IMG/VR virus record: IMGVR_UViG_3300020166_000010
Origin: a virus
Length of the DNA: 64,000 nt
Strand: one strand, 5' to 3'
The notes below the pieces were generated by a model. The model did no database searches. It was not told the origin of the DNA and saw only the letters and a program-made list of their open reading frames with translations. Positions 36,611 through 48,579 of the stretch are shown here, piece by piece; position 1 is the first letter of the stretch, and each line of letters opens with the position of its first letter. Position numbers and translations under genes: made by a program.

Positions 36611-39600
36611 TTACATTGGAAAACATCCTATATGTTGTAGCACCATAGTTATTGAATATCCTTTTCCTCCACCTGCTGAACCTGTTTTAACCCTAACGCT
36701 ATAGTGATTATTTGTAGTAATTGCAATCCAATTACCCAAACCAGATGTAACCATTTTTTGGAAACCTGGATGTGTATATGTATGTATCACTGTTACTGCA
36801 TTTGCGCTATCATGTCTAATTAATTCAAATACACATCCTTCACCATTAGCAGTTTCACCATAAGATGCACTAATACCCGTTATATAGTACCCTGATGAGA
36901 ACCCTGTTGGAATCTGAACGAATGAATTAGATATATTTGCTGTTGTGTTTAGTGTACTGTATGCTGTTGGGTTTATTCCAATATATTCATAACATGTGTA
37001 ACCTGTAAATTGAGATCCTTGATTTCCTTTTAATCCTTGAGCTCCTTTTGTTCCTTGGAATCCTTGGAAACCTTGTGTTCCAGTTCCTCCACCAGAACCT
37101 GTTTCTCCTTTTGTTCCTTGGAATCCTTGGAAACCTCTAATTCCTTGTAATCCTTGATCTCCTTTGGTTCCTTTTAATCCTTGGAAACCTCTAAGTCCTT
37201 GATCTCCTTTAATTCCTTGGAAACCTGCAACTCCTTGAAAACCTTGTTCTCCTTTATCTCCTTGGAATCCTTGATTTCCACTTCCACCATTAGATCCTTT
37301 AGATCCTTGGAAACCTTGATCTCCTTTGGTTCCTTTTAATCCTTGGAAACCTCTAGCTCCTTGGAAACCTTGATCTCCTTTAGTTCCTTTAGCTCCTTGG
37401 AAACCTTGATCTCCTTTATCTCCTTGGAATCCAGTTCCTCCACCAGAACCAGTAGATCCTTGGAAACCTTGGTCTCCTTTAGTTCCTTTAGCTCCTTGGA
37501 AACCTTGGTCTCCTTTAGTTCCTTTTAATCCTTGGAATCCGGTGTCTCCTTGGTCTCCCTTAGTTCCTTTAGCTCCTTGGAAACCTTGATCTCCTTTGTC
37601 TCCTTTTTTTCCTTGGAATCCTTGATCTCCTTTAGTTCCTTTAGCTCCTTGGAAACCTTGGTCTCCTTTAGTTCCTTTAGCTCCTTGGAATCCGGTGTCT
37701 CCTTGGTCTCCCTTAGTTCCTTTATCTCCTTGATCTCCTTTAGTTCCTTTAGCTCCTTGGAAACCTTGATCTCCTTGGAATCCAGTTCCTCCACTAGAAC
37801 CAGTAGATCCTTGGAAACCTTGATCTCCTTTAGTTCCTTTAGCTCCTTGGAAACCTTGATCTCCTTTGTCTCCTTTTTTTCCTTGGAATCCTTGGTCTCC
37901 TTTAAGACCTTGGAATCCTGTGTCTCCTTGGTCTCCTTTAGTTCCTTTAGCTCCTTGGAATCCGGTGTCTCCTTGGTCTCCTTTGGTTCCTTTTAATCCT
38001 TGATCTCCTTTATCTCCTTGGAACCCTTGGTCTCCCTTAGTTCCTTTAGCTCCTTGGAATCCTGTGTCTCCTTGGTCTCCCTTAGTTCCTTTATCTCCTT
38101 GGAATCCCTGATCTCCTTTATCTCCTTGGAATCCAGTTCCTCCACCAGAACCTGTAGATCCTTGGACTCCCGTGTCTCCTTGGTCTCCTTTAGTTCCTTT
38201 AGCTCCTTGGAATCCTGTATCTCCTTGATCTCCTTTAGTTCCTTGGAATCCTGTGTCTCCTTGGAATCCTGTAGCTCCTTGGAACCCTTGGTCTCCTTTA
38301 GAACCTATAGTTCCTTGGAAACCTTTATATCCTTGGAAACCTTGATCTCCTTTAATACCCTGATCTCCTTTATCTCCTTGGAATCCGGTTCCTCCACCAG
38401 AGCCCGTTTCTCCTTGAGTTCCTTTATCTCCTTGGAAACCTTGATCTCCTTGGAAACCTTGATCTCCTTTAGTTCCTTTAGCTCCTTGGAAACCTTGATC
38501 TCCTTTGTCTCCTTTTTTTCCTTGGAATCCTTGATCTCCTTGATCTCCGGCTCCTCCAGTAGAACCTATAGTTCCTTGGAAACCTTTATATCCTTGGAAA
38601 CCTTGATCTCCTTTAATACCTTGATCTCCTTGGAAACCCTGATCTCCTTGGAATCCTGTTCCTCCGCCAGAACCTGTGTCTCCTTGAGTTCCTTTATCTC
38701 CTTGGAAACCTTTATCTCCTTGGAAACCTTGATCTCCCTTGTCTCCTTTTTTTCCTTGGAATCCTTGATCTCCGGCTCCTCCAGTAGAACCTATAGTTCC
38801 TTGGAAACCTTGATCGCCTTGGAATCCTTGGAATCCTTGGAAACCTTGATCTCCGGCTCCTCCAGTAGAACCTATAGTTCCTTGGAAACCTTGATCTCCT
38901 TTAGAACCTATAGTTCCTTGGAAACCTTTATATCCTTGGAAACCTTGATCTCCTTTATCTCCTTGGAAACCTTGTGTACCTTGGTCTCCTTGGTCTCCTT
39001 TATCTCCTTGGTCTCCTTTATCTCCTTGGAATCCTTGGTCTCCCTGGAATCCCTGGAATCCTTGGTCTCCCATATCTCCTTGGAATCCTTGGTCTCCCAT
39101 ATCTCCTTGGAATCCTTGGTCTCCCATATCTCCTTGGAATCCTTGGTCTCCCATATCTCCTTGGAATCCTTGGTCTCCCATATCTCCCTGGTCTCCTTTA
39201 TCTCCTTGGAATCCCTGGTCTCCCTGGAATCCTTGGTCTCCCTGGAATCCTTGGTCTCCCATATCTCCTTGGTCTCCTTGGTCTCCTTTATCTCCCTGGA
39301 ATCCTTGATCACCAGCTATACCCTGGAATCCTTGGTCTCCCATATCTCCCTGGTCTCCTTTATCTCCTTGAAATCCTTGGTCTCCTTTATCTCCTTGGTC
39401 TCCTTTATCTCCCTGGAATCCTTGATCACCAGCTATACCCTGGAATCCTTGGTCTCCCATATCTCCCTGGTCTCCTTTATCTCCCTGGAATCCTTGGTCT
39501 CCCATATCTCCCTGGTCTCCTTTATCTCCTTGGAATCCTTGGTCTCCCTGGTCTCCTTTATCTCCCTGGAATCCTTGGTCTCCCATATCTCCCTGGTCTC

Positions 39601-42446
39601 CTTTATCTCCTTGGAATCCTTGGTCTCCCTGGAATCCTTGGTCTCCCTTTTCTCCCTGGTCTCATATCTCCCTGGTCTCCTTTATCTCCTTGGAATCCTT
39701 GGTCTCCCTGGAATCCCTGGTCTCCTTTATCTCCTTGGTCTCCTTTATCTCCCTGGAATCCTTGATCACCAGCTATACCCTGGAATCCTTGGTCTCCCAT
39801 ATCTCCCTGGTCTCCTTTATCTCCTTGGTCTCCCGCATCTCCTTGGAATCCTTGATCACCAGCTATACCCTGGAATCCTTGATCTCCCGTATCTCCTTGG
39901 AATCCTTGGTCTCCCGCATCTCCTTGGAAACCTTGATCTCCTTTAAGACCATCTAATCCTTGGAAACCTTGATCTCCTATATCTCCTTTTAATCCTTGAT
40001 CTCCTTGGAAACCTTGAATACCCTGTGATCCTATATCTCCTTGATCTCCTTGTAAACCTTGTGCTCCTATATCTCCTTGATCTCCTTGTAAACCTTGTGC
40101 TCCTATATCTCCTTGATCTCCTTTTAATCCTTGGAAACCTTGATCTCCTTTAAGACCATCTAATCCTTGGAAACCTTGATCTCCTATATCTCCTTGATCC
40201 CCTTGGAAACCTTGATCTCCTTGCGGACCCTGTTGATATCCAATGCTTGTTACAACATAAGAATAGTGAGATGCTCCTTCAGTGTATAACGTTGCTCCTA
40301 GGGTTTGATTTTCATTGTTTCTAACAACAACCTCAACCATCATTCTTTGGCCTAAAGCAACTGGTGTTGAAGGAAATGTAATGTCCGTTTCGTGCTCTAC
40401 TGCAGTCGTGTTGTTATTATTCCAACCGATATTTACAGCTTGTGAAGTTCCTGCAGCTGCAAGTACATTACCCGCATTATCTGTTAAATATAAGTTTACA
40501 TATACTTCTAAATCATCTTGTTCATTTTGCTTTGACATCCATAAGAAGAATCTTTGAACTCCACCTGGAATAATAGTAAAATCAAATGGTGATGAAATAT
40601 ATGTTTCTATTAATGTATCGTTATTTGCCGCTGTTGTTTGAGTTACTGTTCTTTCAGCTCCTGATGTTGGTTCAGTACCTAATTGTTTTGTAGATGCAAC
40701 TTCAATAACAGAATCGTTAAAGTAGTAAATTCTACCTGAAGCAATTCCATCATTTCCTTTAATACCTTGATCTCCTTGATCTCCTTTAAGGCCATCTAAT
40801 CCCTGGAATCCTTGATCTCCTTTAAGACCATCTAATCCTTGGAATCCTTGATCTCCTTTAATACCAGCGATACCCTGATCTCCTTGATCTCCTTTAAGGC
40901 CATCTAATCCTTGGAATCCTTGATCTCCTTTAAGACCATCTAATCCCTGGAAACCTTGATCTCCTTTTAATCCTGTATCTCCTTGATCTCCTTGGAAACC
41001 CTGGTCTCCTTTTAATCCTGTATCTCCTTGATCTCCTTTAAGACCATCTAATCCCTGGAAACCTTGATCTCCTTTTAATCCTGTATCTCCTTGATCTCCT
41101 TGGAAACCCTGGTCTCCTTTTAATCCCGTATCTCCTTGATCTCCTTGGATACCTTGTGCTCCTATATCTCCTTTAAGACCTTGATCTCCTTGGTCTCCTT
41201 TTGCTCCAGTATCTCCTTGGTCTCCTTTTAATCCGATTTCACCTTGAATACCTTGTTCTCCTTGGTCTCCTTTTAATCCGATTTCACCTTGAATACCTTG
41301 GTCTCCTTGAATACCCTGTTCTCCCTGGTCTCCTTTGATACCAGTATCTCCTTGGTCTCCTTTAAGACCGGTTTCACCTTGAATACCTTGGTCTCCTTGA
41401 ATACCCTGTTCTCCCTGGTCTCCTTTGATACCAGTGTCTCCTTGGTCTCCTTTTAATCCAGTATCTCCTTGATCTCCTTTAAGACCGGTTTCACCTTGAA
41501 AACCTTGTTCTCCTTGGAATCCTGTGTCTCCTTGTTCTCCTTGGTCTCCTTTTAATCCAGTATCTCCTTGGTCTCCTTTTAATCCAGTATCTCCTTGAAT
41601 ACCCTGTTCTCCTTGGTCTCCTTTAAGACCTTGTTCTCCTTGGTCTCCTTGAAGACCTTGTTCTCCTTGATCTCCTTTTAATCCAGTATCTCCTTGATCT
41701 CCTTGAAGACCTTGTTCTCCTTGAATACCTTGATCTCCTTTTAATCCAGCTTCTCCTTGAAGACCTTGTTCTCCTTGAATACCTTGTTCTCCTTTAAGAC
41801 CAGTATCTCCCTGATCTCCTTTTAAACCAGTTTCTCCAGTTTCTCCTTGAATACCCTGTTCTCCTTGGTCTCCTTTAAGACCTTGTTCTCCTTGATCTCC
41901 TTTTAAGCCAGTATCTCCTTGATTTCCTTGAATACCCTGTTCTCCAGTTAATCCTTGAATACCCTGATCTCCAATTAATCCTTGAATACCCTGATCTCCA
42001 ATTAATCCTTGAATACCCTGATCTCCCTGTATACCTTGTTCTCCCTGAATACCCTGTTCTCCTTGATCTCCTTTTAATCCATCATCTCCTTGAAAACCTT
42101 GAGGACCAATAGGTCCTTGTGCTCCACCGCTTCCGGTTCCTCCTACACTTGGAATCCAAACATAATCGCCGGCTTCAGCGCCAGCCCCTAAAAGACCAGT
42201 ATCACTTGAATTAACTAAATGTAATTTTAAAACTTTATCTAAATCGTTTATTAGATCTAAGTCCCCGTCAGTACCGGTTCCCATTACCCTATAACCTTTT
42301 ATAACTTGGCCAACTAAATCAAGATTATAATCCATCTCATCATGGGTTAATGGTCTTAATCTATCGCCTTCATTCGGGTATTGTGGCAGGTATTGTCCGT
42401 TCTCTGATTTATACTGTTCACCAGATGTGTTTAATGGATCTTGCAT
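36611..42446 (-). CDS. Giant collagen-like fibre protein (~1945 aa if joined), split by a frameshift at ~39663
   Basis: ORFs 39603..42446 and 36611..39586 are collinear Gly-X-Y; the repeat unit GGTCTCCCATATC lacks 2 nt at 39663. Confidence 0.85.
39050..39900. repeat. Near-identical tandem repeats of 9/27-nt units (GDMGDQGFQ etc.)
   Basis: CCTTGGTCTCCCATATCTCCTTGGAAT repeated in tandem at ~39060-39190, plus longer duplicated blocks. Confidence 0.85.
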
Positions 42447-42470
42447 TATTATTTTTTAGTATTTTTAATT

Positions 42471-43004
42471 TTAACTTCTTTCTCTCTTATATAAATCAAT
42501 TAAATAATTAATAGTATTAATAAAGTATACCTCAATATAACCACAATCAATGTATTGTCTTTGTACTTTAATGTATTCGTCTAATTTTAATTCATTCCAA
42601 ACTGCTAATATCTCATTATACTTATATAAGTATGAATCTTTTCCTGTATTCAACACATCCATTGCAGCAGTTTGTACGTTTTCTGATGTTGTTGTGAATC
42701 TACGAGTGGTTGGTTCATATTGAACAGGTGTCGTTGAGGTATTAGGCGATGTCATTGTAAATCTTTTTAATAAATAAAGATTTAATTGAAAACATTGAAT
42801 ATTATCCCAATTAGGTTCTGCTGGAAATGTAGCAATGAATGCATCTAAATCCGCAAGAGTATTAAATGTTCTTGAGGTTTTAACGTCCGATTCATTACTT
42901 AACGATTCTAAAAGAATGCTAGAAATACTACTCTCCGCATTTAAATTCCTAAATTGTCGAAGTTTTACTGAAATAAGTTTTAAAGTAAGTATATCTGTTA
43001 TCAT
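42471..43004 (-). CDS. Hypothetical protein
   Basis: 177-aa ORF abutting the upstream gene. Confidence 0.65.
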   Translation of the reverse strand: MITDILTLKLISVKLRQFRNLNAESSISSILLESLSNESDVKTSRTFNTLADLDAFIATFPAEPNWDNIQCFQLNLYLLKRFTMTSPNTSTTPVQYEPTTRRFTTTSENVQTAAMDVLNTGKDSYLYKYNEILAVWNELKLDEYIKVQRQYIDCGYIEVYFINTINYLIDLYKRERS

Positions 43005-43409
43005 CTATCCTCCTGTTTTTTTGAATAGGTCTAGCGCTTGTGTAACTAAAATCGCAATAAGACCACCAATACCAGTTAAAAGAGCCCATGCAAATTTAAT
43101 GAAACCTGATTTGAATCTCATAAGATCTTTGTGCTCTTCGAGTATTTTTTGAGTTTGCTCTAATTCAGCCTCAGCTGCCAATCTAGCTTCAGTGTTCTTT
43201 TTAGTCTCAACAATAACTCCGTCAAAGGGACTTAAGAGTTGTCTTTTCATCTCTTTAATTTCCCTTTTCATATCATTTTGGTTTTCTACCAATTGATTTA
43301 ATGTATTTTCAATTTGAATAAAATTAGGATCTTCCATTCTACCCTTAAATGTAGAAAAGAGATCATATAATTCCTGTATAAGTTCTTTAGGTGATTTTTC
43401 GTGTTGCAT
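43005..43409 (-). CDS. Coiled-coil protein with C-terminal TM helix
   Basis: Heptad region, then FAWALLTGIGGLIAILV. Confidence 0.65.
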   Translation of the reverse strand: MQHEKSPKELIQELYDLFSTFKGRMEDPNFIQIENTLNQLVENQNDMKREIKEMKRQLLSPFDGVIVETKKNTEARLAAEAELEQTQKILEEHKDLMRFKSGFIKFAWALLTGIGGLIAILVTQALDLFKKTGG

Positions 43410-43475
43410 CTAATTAAATTGATCTTTTTTGTCTAATCTATATATCTAAATGAAATCAGACTCAATTTAATTTAA

Positions 43476-43988
43476 TCACTTCGCTTTTAATTCGTTTTGT
43501 ATTTTTATCCAATAATGTTCGGTTCTTTTATTCTTATATCCTCGAGGACCTCCGTTCCAATTTCTTGCAATCGTTTCAAAGCCTCCATCTGGGTGGTGAT
43601 AGTTTTTCCAAACCATAAACATTTCAATAGACTTTTCTCTATTAAATCGATCTTTTTTAGAATATCTTTTATTGGATTTCTGAATCTTTAAAATTCTATT
43701 AACCTCTCTCAACATTATCGGCCTGATTTGTAAAACACCGACTGCTTCATTACCTACAAGGTGTTTGTCACCTATTGCTGAGTCATTGCCAAGTGACTCG
43801 ACTTGAATCATCGCTGGAATTAGGTTGTTCTTTACACTGATCTGCTCAATGGCCTTAGGTTCAATCTTTGTAACTGCTGTGATCTTTTTTCTTTCTTGAG
43901 AAGCACTATCAAATAAACCCCTATTACCACCTCCACTAATAATGAATGGTAAAAGAAAAACTGAAATAAGTAATGGATTACGTTTCAT
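43476..43988 (-). CDS. Lysozyme-like/lytic transglycosylase with N-terminal signal
   Basis: MIQVES catalytic Glu, GVLQI, ARNWNGG. Confidence 0.8.
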   Translation of the reverse strand: MKRNPLLISVFLLPFIISGGGNRGLFDSASQERKKITAVTKIEPKAIEQISVKNNLIPAMIQVESLGNDSAIGDKHLVGNEAVGVLQIRPIMLREVNRILKIQKSNKRYSKKDRFNREKSIEMFMVWKNYHHPDGGFETIARNWNGGPRGYKNKRTEHYWIKIQNELKAK

Positions 43989-43999
43989 ATTATTATCGT

Positions 44000-44070
44000 T
44001 TAATTACTATACTAATATAAACAAAAAAACCCAAACAAAAAAATGTTTGGGCTTTTATTTTCAATAAATT
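44000..44070 (-). promoter_or_regulatory. Diverged early-type promoter overlapping a hairpin (CCCAAACA/TGTTTGGG)
   Basis: Minus strand GAAAATAAA...TTTATATTAGTATAGTAATTAAA. Confidence 0.45.
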
Positions 44071-44076
44071 TTAAAT

Positions 44077-44508
44077 TTATTTAAGTTGATCTTTAATTTG
44101 ATTTGATGGTGAATCATCCTTTATAAAAGGTATTTCATTTCCATCTACATCTAATAAACCAGCTCCTTTATGTCCTTTAGATCCTGCGCCAGATCCTGAA
44201 CCATTAGTAGGTCCTCCTGGATTAATAATAATACCGTCGCTAGAACCTCCTGATCCTATGCCGTTTCCTGAACCAGATCCTGAACCAGATCCTGAACTAA
44301 CAGGCTTTGTTCCACCTTGACCTGTTCCTGAACCAGCTCCATTGAATTCTGAACCAAATCCTGAACCAGATCCTGCTTGACCAGATCCTGAACCAGTTGT
44401 TCCACCACCAGAATTAACCGGCTTAACTGGTGCATTCTTTTTAGTAACTGCCTTTCTAACGAAGAATACAACTACTGCTAATACCAATAATCCTAATAAT
44501 AATTTCAT
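44077..44508 (-). CDS. Membrane-anchored Gly/Ser-rich protein
   Basis: N-terminal TM; GSGSG low-complexity region. Confidence 0.7.
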   Translation of the reverse strand: MKLLLGLLVLAVVVFFVRKAVTKKNAPVKPVNSGGGTTGSGSGQAGSGSGFGSEFNGAGSGTGQGGTKPVSSGSGSGSGSGNGIGSGGSSDGIIINPGGPTNGSGSGAGSKGHKGAGLLDVDGNEIPFIKDDSPSNQIKDQLK

Positions 44509-44602
44509 GCTTTATATAATTGTTTTTAATTTATAGCTATTGCTACATGGTATATATTCATAAAAAAAGTGTAATATTTCACAATTACACTCTTTTAATA
44601 GC

Positions 44603-44791
44603 TTAGGCCGGTCCACCGACGCCGAAGTTGAACAAGTAATAGTCATCAGACTCTTCATCACTTTCATCAAATTGGTCAAACATAATTGGCTCAAAGTCAA
44701 TCATGTCTTCCATTGAAAGGGATTTATTAACAGATAATTTTTCGTTTTGTTCATCTAGCGAAGTTGGATCTACTTCGTTGATGAAATCCAT
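44603..44791 (-). CDS. Small highly acidic protein
   Basis: 62 aa, D/E-rich. Confidence 0.55.
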   Translation of the reverse strand: MDFINEVDPTSLDEQNEKLSVNKSLSMEDMIDFEPIMFDQFDESDEESDDYYLFNFGVGGPA

Positions 44792-44861
44792 GAGATAAAT
44801 AAATATTTTTTAGTATAGGTTATTCTATATTAATATATATTCTAGTTTCTAAAAAAGTTTA

Positions 44862-45188
44862 TTATTTTTTGTGATTTTTTTCACTTGATTCTAAATCTTT
44901 TTCAAGATTTAAACTCCATATTCTATCGTTAGGTACGACGAACTTTCTTTCATGGTCATATAGATAAAAAGTGGTGCGATAAATTGATTGTCTAACTATT
45001 CTTGCCTTTTTAGTTCCATTAATCCATACTACATCATCTACGTTAAAATCATTACCGTATAGGAACATAGCTCCAGTATAAAATTTAGATATAGAATCTT
45101 TGAAAGCAATAGAAATAACAGCAGTTGCAACGAGCCATCCCCATTCTCCTAGTACTTTTTCAACTATTTCCCTTACTGATTCTATCAT
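44862..45188 (-). CDS. Minimal MscS-like (TM plus beta domain) protein
   Basis: AFKDSISKF..G....F.VDDVVWING...RTT...VVPN. Confidence 0.6.
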   Translation of the reverse strand: MIESVREIVEKVLGEWGWLVATAVISIAFKDSISKFYTGAMFLYGNDFNVDDVVWINGTKKARIVRQSIYRTTFYLYDHERKFVVPNDRIWSLNLEKDLESSEKNHKK

Positions 45189-45342
45189 CCCAATATGATT
45201 TATAATCTTTTATAGTTCCTTTGAACCTTCTGATTTTATTTAACCTTGAATCTTCTGCAACACCATACTGGGTTGCATTAATTTCTTGATTAGGTTTTAT
45301 GTTTTTTCCTCCAATAGTCTTCATTAACTATATATCTATAAC

Positions 45343-45543
45343 TTAATCTAAGCTGATTCGATAACCAACCCACCATAGATCTATTCTAATAAAGAAAGTA
45401 CCGCTATTAAACCCAAATCCAAAACGTAACATCCTGTTCCAGTGATCTAGTTTGATTTTGTGAATCATTTTTCTTTTTTTAGATCCGATCCTAACCATCC
45501 AATCCTCTATAGATTCCCCTTCTCTTCGTTTACGACTATTCAT
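45343..45543 (-). CDS. Hypothetical protein
   Basis: 66-aa ORF. Confidence 0.5.
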   Translation of the reverse strand: MNSRKRREGESIEDWMVRIGSKKRKMIHKIKLDHWNRMLRFGFGFNSGTFFIRIDLWWVGYRISLD

Positions 45544-45646
45544 TTACAGTAAAGGTCCGGCACTTCCTGATTTGATTGCAGCATTCATTCGCTGTTCTTC
45601 TAACCAGATTAGATGGTTCCATATTTTTTTGAGTGTTTTCATGTAT

Positions 45647-46696
45647 TTAATTTGATAGTGGAGCCTTGATGCTCGGATGATATTTATAATCTTTAACTTC
45701 GTAATCAAATTCACCATCTAATATATTTATATTACTAAATTCTACTGTTGGTAAATCATAAATTTCTCGATCTAATTGTTCCATTGCTTGATCAATGTGG
45801 TTTGAATATAAATGAACATCACCTAAATTACCAATTAATTGATCTGGCACCATATTAACTTCTTCTGCGATTAAACAAAGTAGAGCAGCATAACTTGCAA
45901 TATTAAATGGAAGACCTAAAAAAGTATCTACTGATCTTTGATTCCACATTAATGAGATCGATCTAGTTGGTATACCTTCATCATCCATAAAGTCTAATGT
46001 ATTTATCATACCTAATCCATTGCCGTTATATGGTTTATCAGAATATAGGGACCATCTCTCATTAAAGGATAATTGTTTAGTATACATTTGAAATCCATAG
46101 TGGCATGGCGGGAGTGCCATCGTTGGTAAATCTCCAACGTTCCATGCTGAAACCATAAGTCTACGAGAATCCGGATTTGTTTTTAGTTCTTCAATTAGAT
46201 TTGCAATTTGGTCTTTAGTTCTCTCTACTATAATAGGATTACCACCATTCAATTTCTCAACATAATATTCAGTCCAATCTCTCCACTGCTTCCCATATAT
46301 AGGACCTAACTCACCCCACTTCTGAGCAAACTCATTATTGGTTTTGATTTTGTTGATAAATTCATCTTGACTGGGTAAAGATGATTGAATGCCGGGCATT
46401 TGCGAAAATGTACTCTTAAATGCTTTATAAGCATCACCATTCCAAATGCTACAACCATTGTCAACTAAATATTTAATGTTTGTATCTCCTTTAAGAAACC
46501 ATTTCAATTCAGTCATCATTGTCTTAACTGCCATTCTCTTGGTAGTTAATAAAGGAAATCCATCCTTCATACTATGCCTGATCTGGCGACCAAAAACAGA
46601 ATGAGTTCCTGTTCCAGTACGATCTGATTTTATTGTTGAGTTTTCTAATAGAGTTCCAAGCAGCGCTCGATATTGTTCTTCAATTCTATTTGGCAT
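45647..46696 (-). CDS. thyA: Thymidylate synthase (canonical ThyA)
   Basis: DRTGTGT, FPLLTTK, LGPIYGKQWR, MALPPCH, QRSVDTFLGLPFN, DVHLYSNH. Confidence 0.95.
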   Translation of the reverse strand: MPNRIEEQYRALLGTLLENSTIKSDRTGTGTHSVFGRQIRHSMKDGFPLLTTKRMAVKTMMTELKWFLKGDTNIKYLVDNGCSIWNGDAYKAFKSTFSQMPGIQSSLPSQDEFINKIKTNNEFAQKWGELGPIYGKQWRDWTEYYVEKLNGGNPIIVERTKDQIANLIEELKTNPDSRRLMVSAWNVGDLPTMALPPCHYGFQMYTKQLSFNERWSLYSDKPYNGNGLGMINTLDFMDDEGIPTRSISLMWNQRSVDTFLGLPFNIASYAALLCLIAEEVNMVPDQLIGNLGDVHLYSNHIDQAMEQLDREIYDLPTVEFSNINILDGEFDYEVKDYKYHPSIKAPLSN

Positions 46697-46997
46697 TCTT
46701 TTCTTTTTTCTTTTCTTGTCTTAGTGTTTTGATCAGTAAATGTACTAAATATACATTACCAATAACGGACACCATTGATATAGTTGATGTTAATATTATT
46801 GCTATTTCCATATATTAAATTTCTAGGCATATTCCCCAGCTTCCCCAAGCTAGGATAAATTCATAATATCCATTTAAGGATTTATCAAATGTGATTTTAA
46901 TGGTAGGTATGATCAAGAATTGACCAATCTGAATGTACCATCCTATTTTTGGTAGTTTCATAGTTATAATGTATTAATAATTATACAAAAGTATCAA

Positions 46998-47234
46998 CTA
47001 TTGTTTCATAGATAACTCAATTTCATCTTTAATTAACTTACAGTATCTATAAAGCTCTGCGGCTTCAAAGGCCTTAAGGGCCCATCCCATTTCTTCTACT
47101 GTACCTATTCTTAACCAATCTAAAAAATCATCTTCATCTTCGAAGTGTTCTATTAAAACTGTAGGGTTAATTAGATCAATATACATTCTTTCTAGTTCGT
47201 CCGGATCCATTATAGATATTTTAACCAAGCCCAA
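46998..47234 (-). CDS. Hypothetical protein with UVR-like C-terminus
   Basis: Ends FEAAELYRYCKLIKDEI. Confidence 0.55.
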   Translation of the reverse strand: MGLVKISIMDPDELERMYIDLINPTVLIEHFEDEDDFLDWLRIGTVEEMGWALKAFEAAELYRYCKLIKDEIELSMKQ

Positions 47235-47554
47235 AATCTTCGGTTCTTAAGGTATTTATAATTATTTTCATTCGCATACGCTTCTCTTTCAAAAGAGATA
47301 TTGTAGTAAGCTTCTTTACCATAAAAGAATAATTTTATAAACCATTCAGTTACATATAAAATATAAAATGGAATGACTAGTAGCTCCTCTTGTTGTTTAA
47401 TATGGATAGATTCGTGATTAATAATTCTTTTAGCTCTTCCTTTATATTTTTCTCTAAGAATCACAAATGGCCATAATGTAATACCGCCAATTTTCATAAA
47501 CCAACTTAATCTGTTTAATGTTTTATCACTATATTTAACAATAGGAGTTTTCAT
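47210..47554 (-). CDS. Hypothetical membrane-associated protein with HExxH
   Basis: GITLWPF...NHESIHIKQQ...ISFEREAY. Confidence 0.7.
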   Translation of the reverse strand: MKTPIVKYSDKTLNRLSWFMKIGGITLWPFVILREKYKGRAKRIINHESIHIKQQEELLVIPFYILYVTEWFIKLFFYGKEAYYNISFEREAYANENNYKYLKNRRFWAWLKYL

Positions 47555-47555
47555 T

Positions 47556-47816
47556 CTATTTAATTTTGTTTTGTCGAGATACTTGATTGCTCTCCATTTC
47601 TTTTAATAACTTATATTTTAATTCTTCGAACTGAATATCTGTATGAGTACTGTTAATACACTCGAACTGTATCTCAGTTTCTCCTGGTGTATAGTTCTTA
47701 AGAACAAGTAAATTATATTCATCCATGATTGGCGACTCCTGGAAGTCTAAAAACACGTTTGATACTTCATCTTCGGTTTTACCGTAGGGCATTCTAACTA
47801 TTAAAATTGGTGTCAT
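47556..47816 (-). CDS. Hypothetical protein
   Basis: 86 aa; promoter at 47838-47864. Confidence 0.6.
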   Translation of the reverse strand: MTPILIVRMPYGKTEDEVSNVFLDFQESPIMDEYNLLVLKNYTPGETEIQFECINSTHTDIQFEELKYKLLKEMESNQVSRQNKIK

Positions 47817-47863
47817 TCTTATAATATTTAATTTAAAATTATATTAAGAAAATGTAAATTGTT

Positions 47864-48172
47864 TCAAATGTTAAATACATCATCATCTCCTTCAAGATCT
47901 ATACTATCGTCTTGAAATCTTATCAAAGCTTCTTGTAACTCATGAACTCTCCATTCATGATCGAACACTTCTTCAATGCTTACTTTACCGTTCTTATGTA
48001 ATTTTTTAAATTTAGAAAGATCTTTTTTTGCTATGTTTAACATTCGTGTGATCTCTTTCACGCCAGTATTTATAGATTCTATTGAAATTTTATTAGATTT
48101 AATTTCTTTTTCTATTATCTCAAATTGGATACGAGGAAATAGGTCACAAAATTTACTTAAAAGTTGTTTCAT
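47864..48172 (-). CDS. Hypothetical protein
   Basis: 102 aa. Confidence 0.6.
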   Translation of the reverse strand: MKQLLSKFCDLFPRIQFEIIEKEIKSNKISIESINTGVKEITRMLNIAKKDLSKFKKLHKNGKVSIEEVFDHEWRVHELQEALIRFQDDSIDLEGDDDVFNI

Positions 48173-48244
48173 AATGATATGAATTATGTTATGTTTATAA
48201 TTGCACTATAAAAATTATATATCTGAGTCTTATGCTTATAAATG

Positions 48245-48278
48245 AAAAAAGGCCCTAATAAAAATTAGAGCCTTTTTT
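48245..48278. terminator. Rho-independent terminator (possibly bidirectional)
   Basis: AAAAAAGGC.CTAAT/ATTAG.GCCTTTTTT. Confidence 0.7.
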
Positions 48279-48294
48279 GGATTAAGTCCTATTC

Positions 48295-48510
48295 TTAGAT
48301 AGTACCTGGTCTTAGCGTGTCGATTGACTTTGCTAATAAGACAGAGTCTCTTACACTTAATCTTCCAGAGTTCTGAGCTAATTGAGCCGCTTGGATCAAT
48401 ACGTTAACTGCAGCAGCCTCGTCGATGTTTGTAATTTCTTCAAATACTGGTGATAATTGTTGTTCAGCAGTTTCTTGAGTTTCAGCAGTTGCTGTGTTTT
48501 CTAGTGACAT
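48295..48510 (-). CDS. Hypothetical protein
   Basis: 71 aa with its own promoter (48552-48578) and terminator. Confidence 0.7.
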   Translation of the reverse strand: MSLENTATAETQETAEQQLSPVFEEITNIDEAAAVNVLIQAAQLAQNSGRLSVRDSVLLAKSIDTLRPGTI

Positions 48511-48579
48511 AATTTTTGTTTTTAAATTTATATTTGTTAACTAATACGAATATTATACTCGTGTTTTTTAAAAAGTTTA

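Noticed and set aside
39050-39900. Tandem repeats as a CRISPR array
   Set aside because: No unique spacers; repeats are in-frame collagen codons
37343-39956. Antisense and off-frame ORFs up to 648 aa over the third collagen
   Set aside because: Same shadow effect; low-complexity SLE/LISF translations
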